In this document: piece by piece, positions 12,402 to 24,813 of the stretch | How the letters are laid out: each line of letters opens with the position of its first letter | How positions within the stretch are numbered: the first letter of the stretch is position 1 | Origin: Ranitomeya imitator | Lineage: Eukaryota | Reading direction: 5' to 3' | NCBI RefSeq assembly: GCF_032444005.1 | Contig: NC_091284.1 | Span: 728,066,001-728,130,000 of the forward strand | DNA: 64,000 nucleotides | Notes under the pieces: model-generated | What the model was told of the DNA's origin: nothing | The model's database searches: none | Seen by the model: the letters and a program-made list of their open reading frames with translations, nothing else | Position numbers and translations under genes: made by a program

Positions 12402-12603
12402 ACTTTCACAGAAGGAGGCGAGTCCGAAGGTTCTCGATGTGCTACCCGTCTAGAGCTCCTTCGGCGTGGATGTGATGAAGAACACGTGATAGAACCCAAA
12501 GGGCTTGTTCAGTTTCTTAAGGACGAGCCCTTGAGTGACAATGCTGATGAAGGCACTGTCACACAACTAGCTCCACAGAAGGTCTCTGTCAAACTGCGAC
12601 TTG
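12402..12603 (+). CDS. ITGB7: Integrin beta-7 exon (PSI C-terminal part / hybrid start): TFTEGGESEGSRCATRLELLRRGC..TQLAPQKVSVKLRL
   Basis: ttttgcag| acceptor and |gtgag donor; 202 bp, phase 0 to 1. Resembles mammalian beta-7 NFTASGEAEARRCARREELLARGC..TQLAPQRV as recalled. Confidence 0.88.
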
Positions 12604-12935
12604 GTGAGATGACTATTATATACAATTCTTACTGGCTATGCATTGATTACATATGAATAGATCAGGGGCAGGCATACCATTGGTGCAACCTGCGCAGCTG
12701 CACATGGGCCCCAAGAGGTAAGGGGATCCATTTTCATCTACAAAGCAGTAAGCAACTTTTGTCACTGAAACAAAGAGGGGCCCATATACTATTCATGCAC
12801 AGAGGCCCTCTTATCTTCATCTCCGCCACTGGAATAAATGGGATATAAAACGGATAATTATTCTATAATGTAAAGGGGATTTCTAGTCCTATTTTGTGAA
12901 GTATATCTGTATCTGAGAAAAATATATTTTATGTA

Positions 12936-14487
12936 CAGTGGCATGTAAAAGTCTGTGTACCCCTGGTCAAAAATTACTGTTATTGTGAAGATTAAATGAT
13001 TTCTAAAAGGCCTACTGTTAAAGATGACACTTTACCTTTGTATTTTAGGCAAAAAAAATTTGTCATTTTTTACATTTTAAAAAATACAAAACGGAAAATG
13101 GGCCAATGCAAAATTTTGGGCACCCTTGAAGATGTGTGCGCTCAGATAATTTTGACTAAGGTTTCAGACCTTAATTAACCTGTTAGGGTTATGGTTTGTT
13201 CACTTCCATCATTAGGAAACGCTAGGTGATGCAAATTTCCCAGCTTTATAAAACCTTCTCTAGCTTTGTGCCAGAAAACAGCAGCCATGGGTTCTTCTAT
13301 GCAGCTGCCTAGCACTCTGGTGGAGGCTCAGAAAGCAGGAGAAGGCTATAAGATAGCAAGGCATTTTCAAGTTGCCCTTTCCTCAGTTTAAAATGCAAAT
13401 AAGAAATGGCAGTTATTAGGAACAGTGGAGGCCAATATAAGGTCTGGAAGACCAAGCAAAATTTCAGTGAGAGCTGCTCATACGATTACTAGAGAGGCAA
13501 ATTAGAACCTCCACGTGACTGCAAAAGATTTAGTAGACTCTGGAGTTGTGGTACATTGTTCTAGTGTTCATAGACACCTGCAAAAATATGGCCTTCATGG
13601 AAGAGTCATGAGAAGAAAACCTCTCCTGTGTTCTCACCATAAAATTCAGCATCAGAAGTATGCAAAGAACATCTAAACAAACCAGATGCATTTTAGAAAC
13701 AAGTCCTGTGGATCGATGAGGTTAAAATAGAACTCTTTGGTCGCAATGATCAAAAGTATGTGTGGGGAGAAAAGGGCACAGAATTTCAGGAAAAGAACAT
13801 CTCGCCAACCATCAAGCATGGAGGTGGGTCAATCATGCTTTGGAGTTCTGTTGCAACCAATGGCAGGGGGAACATTTTAAGGGTAGAGGGAAGAATGGAT
13901 TCAATGAAATGTAAAGAAATTCTCGAGGCACGCATAACAACATATGTAAAAAATGCTGAAGATGAAAAGAGGATGGCTTTTACAAATGGATAATACAAGT
14001 GAAAATCCACTATAGATTACCTCAAAAGGCGCAAGCTGAAGGTTTTACAATGGCCCTCACAGTTCACTGATCTGAACATCATTAAAAATCTGTGGCTAGA
14101 CGCCAAAATAGCAGAGCATGCAAGACGACCCAGGAATCTCACAGAACTGGAAGAATTTTCCAAGAAAGAATGGAGGAATATCCCTCAAACAAGAACTGAA
14201 AGACTCTAGGCTTGCTACAAAAAGTGTATACAAGCTGTGATACTTTCAAAAGGGGGTGTTACTAGGTACAAACCATGCAGGGTGCCTAAACTTTTGCATC
14301 GGCCCATTTTCATTTTTGTAATTTTTAAAATGTAAAAGATGAAAATATATTTTTTTATTTGCCTACAATACAAAGGAAATGTGTCATCTTTAACTTTGGG
14401 CCTTTTACAGACTATTTCATCTTCAACTTGCATAACGGTAATAACAGTAATTTTGACCACGGGTGCCCAAACTTTGTCATGTCACAG
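12936..14487 (+). mobile_element. Full-length decayed Tc1/mariner with long (about 190-bp) TIRs
   Basis: TA|CAGTG..CACAG|TA ends, and both arms carry an inner GGGCACCC/GGGTGCC repeat. The transposase fragments (DEVKIELFG, TIKHGGGSIMLW) contain stops and frameshifts. Confidence 0.88.
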
Positions 14488-15020
14488 TATATACATTTTA
14501 TGCAATCCAACTACGTACATGTTTTATTCCTTGTGAGTCTAATGTTTACTATTGCATATTATCTATTGGGAAGAGTTTCTATATATTTTATGTTATAAAA
14601 TATTCGCATCTTGTAGGCAATTCATAAACATACAGTTCGAATCCTCTTTGTACAACACAAGATTCCCAATAGCTCTGCCTCTTAATTCAACCCTGTATTG
14701 AGGTGTCGGCAATCTTCCCTTTGTTATTGACATTGTTAATTCTGCTTATCTTGGCTCACACAATACTAGAAATCTTTCATGTTGTCTTATAAAAATGAAG
14801 TGATAACATTAGTTTTACTGCATGTTGTAAAGCAATAAGCTTTTATAAGTGTCTAGGGGTATCTGTCGCCATCTAGTGGCCAATGTACCTAGTGCAATAT
14901 TTAATAATTCCTTTTTTTTTTTAAATGGACAGACATAAAAATTTTATTTTTGTTTTTGATTATATTTTCCTCAAGAGTATTTGGACTGTTAGTGTCTTAT
15001 AATTACTGTTGCAATTTCAG

Positions 15021-15191
15021 GAGAGAAGAGAACCTTTCAAGTTCGGTTTAAGCGTGCAGAGGGGTACCCTATTGATCTCTATTACCTGATGGACTTGTCC
15101 TATTCTATGAAGGATGATTTGGAGAATGTTAAGAAATTAGGAAGTGACATTCAGGAGGTGCTTCACAAAGTCACCAAGTCTGTACGCATTG
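15021..15191 (+). CDS. ITGB7: Integrin beta-7 exon (beta-I start, MIDAS DLSYS): [40 protein letters not shown]
   Basis: tttcag| acceptor and |gtacgg donor; 171 bp, phase 1 to 1; DxSxS MIDAS motif. Confidence 0.95.
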
Positions 15192-15610
15192 GTACGGTTC
15201 AGCTGACAATATGGTCATTGAAAGAAATACAAGTAGATAAAATAGCAATTAATATGAAAAAAATAAATAAACATATGTCTTTTTTTCCTAATTTTTCATT
15301 TAAGAACCATGCTGTTTCTTAGCTAATTACTCCTGTTTCCAGGGTGTCCTTATGGAGAGTGGCAAATGGTTGTATCCCGGAAATTCCCATGGAATTGCGA
15401 TATTTCTCGGAATATCGAATTTAGTCAACATTTGACTTTCCAAGAATATAATCTATTATTAATCTGTTACAGAAGAATCTACTATTAGGATTTGATGTGA
15501 AACAAGGTTATTTTACAAGCTATTAAATGGATTTTCAGGTGTGATAGAAAGAATTGTGCCTATGTTAGAGTCACCATGAAGTAGGACTAGATAACATTCA
15601 TACAGTATAG

Positions 15611-15730
15611 CAGTGTTCCCCAACTCCGGTCCTCGAGAGCCACCAACAGGTCATGTTTTCAGGATTTCTTTAGTATTGCACAGGTGATGGAATTAATGCC
15701 TGTGCAGATGATGCAATTATCACCTCCTTA
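15611..15730. mobile_element. hAT-like MITE, partial copy
   Basis: Matches the left half of 16273-16452. Confidence 0.65.
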
Positions 15731-16272
15731 TCAGATTTAGGACATTCATATGCATCTGATATAGTAGATCTTGGGAACAGTCAGGGCACTCACAGGTTCC
15801 TGTGCGCAAAAATAGAAATATTAGGAGAACTGACATTATCTTTAAAGGGTTTTTTTTCGTAAATGCATGTATATGGGGTTAAAAATCATTTATTCAATTG
15901 GGTTTCATTACAAATGTTGCACTATTTTCCTTTTATTACATCTTTGTTGCACTATTACTGGCTGCAGAATATGTTGAGAATGGGTTTGTAACTCTTTATC
16001 CTGAGCTCCTCTCAGCTGATTTATGACCAGAGATCACCTCAAAGTTGAATGTGCTGGGAAACAAAGACCATGTAAAAGCCAAATGGTGCAAATCTTTTAA
16101 TGAAGCCCAGTTGTGGATTTTGATAACATTTTTTTTTGCCAAATTCTGTCGAACGCTATTCATGAAGTTTGTGCAAAGACAAAATTGTCTTTATTTTTAT
16201 CTTTTTAACAGGATTTGTGACTCTTTTAGAGAGAAAACGTCATAGGTCTTGATAATCTGGATTGCCAGAGAT

Positions 16273-16452
16273 TAGTGTTCCCCAACTCCGGTCCTCAAGA
16301 GCCACCAACAGGTCATGTTTTCAGGATTTCCTTAGTATTGCACAGGTGATCATTGCATTACCTGGAAAGGCAAGAATTCCATCACCTGGGCAATACTAAG
16401 GAAATCCTGAATGCATGACCTGTTGGTGGCTCTTGAAGATTGGGGAACACTG
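16273..16452. mobile_element. hAT-like palindromic MITE, 180 bp
   Basis: Termini (T)AGTGTTCCCCAA..TTGGGGAACACTG; 8-bp flanks CCAGAGAT/CCACAGAT (7 of 8 match). Confidence 0.75.
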
Positions 16453-16533
16453 CCACAGATGATGACCTTAGTATTGACCAGTAATGATGTGCGTTGCAGC
16501 AGTGGATGTATATCTGACACATTCTCTGTACAG

Positions 16534-16775
16534 GTTTTGGCTCGTTTGTGGACAAGACAGTGTTACCGTTTGTAAACACGGTGAAATGGCAGATGCAGAA
16601 TCCTTGTCCATCTCGTACAGAGCGCTGTCAGCCACCCTTCAGCTACCGGCATGTTCTGTCTTTAACCTCAAACCTCACCTTATTCCAACAACGAGTCAGT
16701 GCGGAGAATATCTCAGGCAACCTGGACACACCCGAGGGTGGATTTGATGCCATACTACAGGCGGCCGTATGCACA
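16534..16775 (+). CDS. ITGB7: Integrin beta-7 exon (beta-I, specificity loop): [47 protein letters not shown]
   Basis: gtacag| acceptor and |gtaagg donor; 242 bp, phase 1 to 0. The loop CPSRTERC resembles beta-7 CPTRLERC. Confidence 0.95.
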
Positions 16776-17192
16776 GTAAGGACACAAGATATTCAGATGT
16801 CAGATATTTTGAATCTATTATCATGAAAACATGCTAAGTACGTCTAACAATTTTTTTTACCCAATTCTTTACAATTAAACTGTTACACTATGTTCACACG
16901 TTACTTTTGTCCTGCTTTTTTTCTGAAACCAAAACTTGATCTCTTGGCAGTAAAAAACGTGCACCCAAAACACAGGTTTTGCTGCTTCTTTGTGCTGCTT
17001 TCCATGCTGCCTTTCTTACTGCTTTTTTGCTGCATGTTTCAGGATACCAAAGTTCAACTTTGCTTCCACCTTGCAAGCACGAACCATAGAAGGTGTTAGG
17101 CCCCCAATGCAAGACATATGTGACACCATAAATCATTTTTATGTAAAAATAAAAAAGGAGAAAGTTGAAATGGTAGGTCATTGTTTGCTTAA

Positions 17193-17926
17193 AGGTACCT
17201 TCACACATAACGATATTGTTAACGATATAGTTGCTTTTTGTGACGTAGCAACGATATCGTTAATAAAATCGTTATGTGTGACAGCGACCAACGATCAGGC
17301 CCCTGCTGGGAGATCGTTGGTCGCTGAAGAAAGTCCAGAACTTTATTTCGTCGCTGGACTCCTGCTGACATCGCTGGATCGGCGTGTGTGACACCGATCC
17401 AGCGATGTCTTCACTGGTAACCAGGGTAAACATCGGGTAACTAAGCGCAGGGCCGCGCTTAGTAACCCGATGTTTACCCTGGTTACCATCCTAAAAGTAA
17501 AAAAAACAAACACTACATACTTACCTACCGCTGTCTGTCCTCCAGCGCTGTGCTCTGCACTCCTCCTGTACTGGCTGTGAGCGTCGGTCAGCCGGAAAGC
17601 AGAGCGGTGACGTCACCGCTCTGCTTTCCGGCCGCTGTGCTCACACAGACAGTACAGGAGGAGTGCAGAGCAGAGCGCCGGGGACAGACAGCGGTAGGTA
17701 AGTATGTACTGTTTGTTTTTTTTACTTTTAGGATGGTAACCAGGGTAAACATCGGGTTACTAAGCGCGGCCCTGCGCTTAGTTACCCGATGTTTACCCTG
17801 GTTACCGGCATCGTTGGTCGCTGGAGAGCGGTCTGTGTGACAGCTCTCCAGCGACCAAACAGCGACGCTGCAGCGATCCGGATCGTTGTCGGTATCGCTA
17901 CAGCGTCGCTTAATGTGAAGGGGCCT
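17193..17926. mobile_element. Harbinger-like MITE, copy 2
   Basis: TAA|AGGTACC..GGGGCCT|TAA. Confidence 0.85.
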
Positions 17927-18095
17927 TAACACAGTGGTAGAGATTCAGTTGGTAAGGCATTGTTTACTTTCTCACATTGGTAGGAATCCAATTAGAAGGG
18001 CATTGTTTACTTTCACTCATTGGTTGGGCATTGAGTTGGTCAGGCATTGTTTACTTTACCATATGACTAATTTAATTAACCTGTACTAACACTAA

Positions 18096-18791
18096 AGGTA
18101 CCTTCACACATAATGATATCGTTAAGGATATCGTTGCAACGTCATGCTTTTTGTGACGTAGCAACGATCCCACTAACGATCTCGTTATTGTGTGACAGCG
18201 ACCAACGATTAGGCCCCTGCTGGAAGATCGTTGGTCGTGGGGAATGATCAGGACCTTTTTTGGTCGCTGATCACCCGCTGTCATCGCTGGATCGGCGTGT
18301 GTGACGCCGATCCAGCGATGTGTTCACTTGTAACCAGGGTAAATATTGGGTTACTAAGCGCAGGGCCGCGCTTAGTAGCCCGATATTTACCCTGGTTACC
18401 ATTGTAAAAGTAGAAAAAAAAAACAGTACATACTCACATTCTGATGTCTGTCACATCCCCCGGCGTCCACAGGGTTAAAACTGCTTTCGGCAGGAGCGCT
18501 GCTAATGCAAGCGCTCCGGCCGAGAGCTTCCCTGCACTGACTGTCAGTGCCGGCAGTAAAGCAGAGCACAGCGGTGACGTCACCGCTGTGCTCTGCTTTA
18601 CGGCCGGCGCTCACACAGTCAGTGCAGGGAAGCTGTCGGCCGGAGTGCTTGCATTAGCAGCGCTCCTGCCGAAAGCAGTTTTAACCCTGTGGACGCCGGG
18701 GGACGTGAGAGACATCAGAATGTGAGTATGTACTGGTTTTTTTTTTTACTTTTACAATGGTAACCAGGGTAAATATCGGGTTACTAAGCGC
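18096..18791. mobile_element. Harbinger-like MITE, copy 3 (right end truncated)
   Basis: TAA|AGGTACCTTCACAC start; breaks off inside the second 68-bp palindrome. Confidence 0.8.
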
Positions 18792-19667
18792 CGTCCTGGG
18801 TGTGTGCGTGTACTCAGGACGGCGTGGAGTTTTTATTATTTTTTATTGTTTCCACATTGTGTCACTCAATTTTTCAGGGAACTAATATACCCCGATTGTG
18901 GGTAATACTTACCTTGCACGGATATATAAATAATTATTATTATTGTGCGGTTGGGTATCCGTATATTCATTTTTATATGCCGTCCCGTGCTGCACACTTT
19001 TTTGTATGATTGTTTTGTATTTTTATCGTATATTTTTTAACGGTAGTTTTTTATATATTGTATCGCTGCTTGATAATTAAATAATAAAAGAATATATCTT
19101 GGTCCAGTCTGGTCTTGCTGGTGCATCCTTTGGTTTGGTGATTGGTTTTGGTTCTTGGTTTAAGTAGTCTCCACTTTCTTTTTACTCAAAAGACACCAGG
19201 GTGAGCGAATATCACTATATTTATGATTGTGATACTGATTTATATATAGCCTTTATTTTATTTGGGTTGTTCTCTTATAATTTTCTCTGACTTGTATAGA
19301 GGTAAAATTATGTTCTCCTCATGAGCATCTATGCCTCTTTTAATGCATCCCATTATTTTATTTGCCTTTGTAGCAGCTGCCTGACACTGGCCACTAAATG
19401 TGAGTTTGTCATCCACCCATACACCCAGGTCTTTTTCATTGACGATTTTGCCCAGAGTTTTCGAATTAAGCGCATAGTTATACATCTTATTACTTCTACC
19501 CAAGTGCATGACCTTACATTTATCCCCATTAACGCTCATTTGCCATTTATCAGCCCAAGTTTCTAGTTTACATAAATCATCCTGCAATATAAAATTGTCC
19601 TCCTCTGTATTGATTACCCTACAGAGTTTAGTGTCATCTGCAAATATTGAAATTCTGCTCTGTATGC

Positions 19668-20461
19668 TGTTGTGAATTCTGTTTTCGAACTCCCTCCTGT
19701 GGTCATAAATGGTACTTCGGCGAGTTCTGTCCATGGACTCCCTCTGGTGGCTGTGAGTGGAGCTGCTGCTTCTGAGGTTCCTTCCACAGGTGACGTAGTT
19801 TATTCTTTGGCTGGCTGTTCTATTTAACTCCACTCAGATCGTTACTCCATGCCAGCTGTCAATGTTCTTGTACTGGTTCAGTTCGCTCTTGGATCTTTCT
19901 GGTGACCTGTCTACTCCAGCAGAAGCTAAGTCCCTGCTAGTTAATTATTTGTTCATTGTTTCCTTGTCCAGTTGGCTATCATGATTTTGTCTTGCTAGCT
20001 GGAAGCTCTGGGATGCAGAGTGGCACCTCCGCACCGTGAGTCGGTGCGGAGGTCTTTTTGCACACTCTGCGTGGTCTTTTGTAGTTTTTTGTGCTGACCG
20101 CAAAGATACCTTTCCTATCCTCAGTCTGTTTAGTAAGTCTGGCCTCCCTTTGCTGAAACCTGTTTCATTTCTGTGTTTGTGAATTTCATCTTAACTCTCA
20201 GTCAATACATGTGGGGGGCTGCCTTTTCCTTTGGGGAATTTCTCTGAGGCAAGGTAGGCTTTATTTTCTATCTTTAGGGCTAGTTAGCTCTTAGGCTGTG
20301 AAGAGGCGTCTAGGTCGTGTTAGGTACGCTCCATGGCTATTTCTAGTTGTGTGATAGAATTAGGGGTTGTGGTCAGCAGAGCTCCCACTTCCCAGAGCTT
20401 GTCCTGTGTGTGTTTAACCATCAGGTCGTTCCGGGTGCTCCTAACCACCAGGTCCATAACA
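19668..20461 (+). repeat. 5' LTR (794 bp)
   Basis: TGTTGTGAATTC..CATAACA; TATA-like TATTTAA at 19821. Confidence 0.95.
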
Positions 20462-20587
20462 GTACAGCTGGCCCAAAGTATTAAGAGGGATAAGAGAAGT
20501 TCTGAGACCTTTTTTTTTCTTCTCTGCAGTGTGTTTTGTCTTTCTTTTCCCCTTAACGTCTGGGTGGTTCAGGACACAGGTGTAGAT

Positions 20588-23500
20588 ATGGACATTCAAG
20601 GTCTGTCCTCTTGTGCGGATCATCTCACTGCAAGGGTACAAAACATTCAAGATTTTGTGGTTCAGAATCCGATGTTAGAGCCTAGAATTCCAATTCCTGA
20701 TTTGTTTTCTGGGGATAGATCTAAATTCCTGAATTTCAAAAATAATTGTAAAATGTTTCTAGCTTTGAAACCCCGCTCCTCTGGTGACCCCGTTCAACAA
20801 GTAAAAATCATTATTTCTTTGTTGCGTGGTGACCCTCAAGACTGCGCTTTTTCCCTTGCGCCAGGAGATCCTGCATTGCGTGATGTAGATGCGTTTTTTT
20901 CTGGCGCTTGGATTGCTTTATGATGAACCAAATTCAGTGGATCAGGCAGAGAAAATCTTGCTGGCTTTGTGTCAGGGTCAGGATGAAACGGAGGTGTACT
21001 GTCAGAAGTTTAGAAAGTGGTCTGTGCTTACTCAGTGGAATGAGTGTGCCCTGGCGGCAATTTTCAGAAAGGGTCTTTCTGACGCCCTTAAGGATGTCAT
21101 GGTGGGATTTCCCACGCCTGCTGGTCTGAATGAGTCTATGTCCTTGGCCATTCAGATCGATAAGCGCTTGCGTGAGCGCAAAGCTGTGCACCATTTGGCA
21201 GTATTCTCTGAGCATAGGCCTGAGCCTATGCAATGTGATAGGACTTTGACCAGAGCGGAACAGCAAGAACACAGACATTGGAATGGGCTGTGTTTTTACT
21301 GTGGTGATTCCACTCATGCTATCTCCGATTGTCCTAAGCGCACTAAGCGGTTCGCTAGGTCTGCCACCATTGGTACGGTACAGTCTAAATTTCTTTTGTC
21401 CGTTACTCTGATTTGCTCTCTGTCGTCCTATTCTGTTATGGCATTTGTGGATTCGGGCGCTGCCCTGAATTTGATGGACTTGGAGTTTGCCAAGCGCTGT
21501 GGTTTTTTTCTTGGAGCCCTTGCAGTATCCTATTCCATTGAGAGGAATTGATGCTACGCCTTTGGCCAAGAATAAGCCTCAGTACTGGACTCAATTGACC
21601 ATGTGCATGGCTCCTGCACATCAGGAGGATATTCGCTTTTTGGTGTTGCATAATCTGCATGATGTGGTCGTTTTGGGGTTGCCATGGCTACAGGTCCATA
21701 ATCCAGTATTGGATTGGAAATCTATGTCTGTGTCCGGCTGGGGTTGTCGGGGGGTACATGGTGATGTTCCATTGCTGTCAATTTTGCCTTCCACTCCTTC
21801 TGAAGTCCCTGAGTTTTTGTCAGATTACCGGGATGTATTTGAAGAGCCCAAATCCGGTGCCTTACCTCCTCATAGGGATTGCGATTGTGCTATTAATTTG
21901 ATTCCTGGTAGTAAGTTTCCTAAGGGCCGACTGTTTAATTTATCTGTGCCAGAGCACGCCGCTATGCGGAGTTATATAAAGGAATCCTTGGAGAAAGGTC
22001 ATATTCGCCCGTCGTCATCACCGTTGGGAGCAGGGTTCTTTTTTGTGGCCAAGAAGGATGGCTCTTTGAGACCTTGTATTGATTACCGCCTTCTTAATAA
22101 GATCACAGTCAAATTTCAGTACCCTTTGCCGCTGCTGTCTGTTTTGTTTGCTCGGATTAAGGGGGCTAGTTGGTTCACCAAGATAGATCTTCGAGGGGCG
22201 TATAATCTTGTGCGAATTAAACAGGGCGTTGAATGGAAAACAGCATTTAATACGCCCGAGGGCCATTTTGAGTACCTGGTTATGCCATTCGGGCTTTCTA
22301 ATGCTCCATCTGTGTTTCAGTCCTTTATGCATGACATCTTCCGAGAGTACCTGGATAGATTCATGATTGTATATTTGGATGATATTTTGGTCTTTTCGGA
22401 TGATTGGGAGTCTCATGTGAAGCAGGTCAGAATGGTGTTCCAGGTCCTTCGTGCGAATTCCTTGTTTGTGAAGGGGTCGAAATGTCTCTTTGGGGTTCAG
22501 AAGGTTTCATTTTTGGGTTTCATTTTTTCCCCTTCTACTATCGAGATGGACCCTGTTAAAGTTCAGGCCATTTATGATTGGACTCAGCCGACATCTGTGA
22601 AGAGCCTGCAGAAGTTCCTGGGCTTTGCTAATTTTTACCATCGCTTCATCGCTAATTTTTCTAGTGTTGCTAAACCGTTGACTGATTTGACCAAGAAAGG
22701 TGCTGATGTGGTCAATTGGTCCTCGGCGGCTGTAGAGGCTTTTCAGGAGTTGAAGCGTTGTTTTTCTTCTGCCCCTGTGTTGTGCCAGCCAGATGTTTCG
22801 CTCCCGTTTCAGGTTGAGGTTGATGCTTCTGAGATTGGAGCAGGGGCTGGTTATTCGCAAAGAAGTTCTGATGGCTCGGTGATGAAACCATGTGCCTTCT
22901 TTTCTAGAAAATTCTCGCCTGCTGAGCGCAATTATGATGTTGGCAATCGAGAGTTGTTGGCCATGAAGTGGGCGTTCGAGGAGTGGCGACATTGGCTTGA
23001 AGGAGCCAAGCATCGCGTGGTGGTCTTGACGGATCACAAGAATTTGACTTATCTCGAGTCTGCCAAATGGTTGAATCCTAGACAGGCTCGATGGTCGCTG
23101 TTTTTCTCCCGTTTTGATTTTGTGGTTTCGTACCCTCCGGGCTCTAAGAATGTGAAGGCTGATGCCCTGTCAAGGAGTTTTGTGCCTGACTCTCCGGGTG
23201 TTTCTGAGCCGGCGGGTATTCTCAAAGAGGGGGTAATTTTGTCTGCCATCTCCCCTGATTTGCGGCGCGTGCTGCAGAAGTTTCAGGCTGATAGACCTGA
23301 CCGTTGTCCAGCAGAGAAACTGTTTGTCCCTGATAGATGGACTAGTAGAGTTATCTCTGAGGTTCATTGTTCGGTGTTGGCGGGTCACCCTGGAATCTTT
23401 GGTACCAGAGATTTGGTGGCTAGATCCTTTTGGTGGCCTTCTTTGTCACGGGATGTGCGTTCTTTTATGCAGTCCTGTGGGACTTGTGCTCTGGCTAAGC

Positions 23501-24813
23501 CCTGCTGTTCTCGTGCCAGTGGGTTGCTTTTGCCCTTGCCGGTCCCGAAGAGGCCCTGGACGCATATTTCCATGGATTTTATTTCAGATCTCCCTGTCTC
23601 TCAAATGATGTCGGTCATTTGGGTGGTTTGTGATCGCTTCTCTAAAATGGTCTATTTGGTACCCTTGTCTAAATTGCCTTCCTCCTCTGATTTGGTGCCA
23701 TTGTTTTTCCAGCATGTGGTTTGTTTGCATGGCATTCCGGAGAACATCGTCTCGGACAGAGGTTCTCAGTTTGTTTCGAGGTTTTGGCGGTCCTTTTGTG
23801 CTAAGATGGGCATTGATTTGTCTTTTTCTTCGGCTTTCCATCCTCAGACAAATGGCCAAACCGAACGAACTAATCAGACTTTGGAGACATATCTGAGATG
23901 CTTTGTTTCTGCTGATCAGGATGATTGGGTGTCCTTCTTGCCTTTGGCTGAGTTCGCCCTTAATAATCGGGCCAGCTCGGCTACTTTGGTTTCGCCTTTT
24001 TTCTGTAATTCTGGTTTCCATCCTCGTTTCTCTTCAGGGCAGGTTGAGCCTTCGGACTGTCATGGTGTGGATACGGTGGTGGACAGGTTGCAGCAGATTT
24101 GGACTCATGTGGTGGACAATTTGACATTGTCCCAGGAGAAGGCTCAACGTTTCGCTAACCGCCGGCGCTGTGTTGGTCCCCGACTTCGTGTTGGGGATTT
24201 GGTTTGGTTGTCATCTCGTCATGTTCCTATGAAGGTTTCCTCTCCTAAGTTTAAGCCTCGTTTCATTGGTCCGTATAAGATTTCTGAGGTTCTCAATCCT
24301 GTGTCATTTCGTTTGGCCCTTCCAGCTTCTTTTGCCATCCATAATGTGTTCCATAGGTCGTTATTGCGGAGATACGTGGCGCCTATGGTTCCCTCCGTTG
24401 ATCCTCCTGCCCCGGTGTTGGTCGAGGGGGAGTTGGAGTATGTGGTGGAGAAGATTTTGGATTCTCGTATTTCGAGACGGAAACTCCAGTACCTGGTCAA
24501 GTGGAAGGGTTATGGTCAGGAAGATAATTCCTGGGTTTTTGCCTCTGATGTTCATGCTGCCGATCTAGTTCGTGCCTTTCATTTGGCTCGTCCTGATCGG
24601 CCTGGGGGCTCTGGTGAGGGTTCGGTGACCCCTCCTCAAGGGGGGGGGGGTACTGTTGTGAATTCTGTTTTCGAACTCCCTCCTGTGGTCATGAATGGTA
24701 CTTCGGCGAGTTCTGTCCATGGACTCCCTCTGGTGGCTGTGAGTGGAGCTGCTGCTTCTGAGGTTCCTTCCACAGGTGACGTAGTTTATTCTTTGGCTGG
24801 CTGTTCTATTTAA
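20588..24813 (+). pseudogene. gag-pol polyprotein with two single-T frameshifts (T7 runs at 20894-20900 and 21503-21509)
   Basis: Motifs: gag with CFYCGDSTHAISDC zinc knuckle; protease FVDSGA; RT YLDD; RNase H VDAS..ELLA..TDH; integrase zinc finger, DDE and GPY; chromodomain EYVVEKILDSR..YLVKWKGY..NSW. Confidence 0.93.

Noticed and set aside
21501-21512. Programmed gag-pol frameshift
   Set aside because: The shift falls after the protease DSG motif, and an equivalent T7 slip interrupts gag. Homopolymer indels are the simpler explanation.
20588-24813. Domesticated PEG10/RTL1-like gene
   Set aside because: It has paired LTRs, a PPT, a TSD and a related solo LTR, so it is an ordinary retrotransposon.
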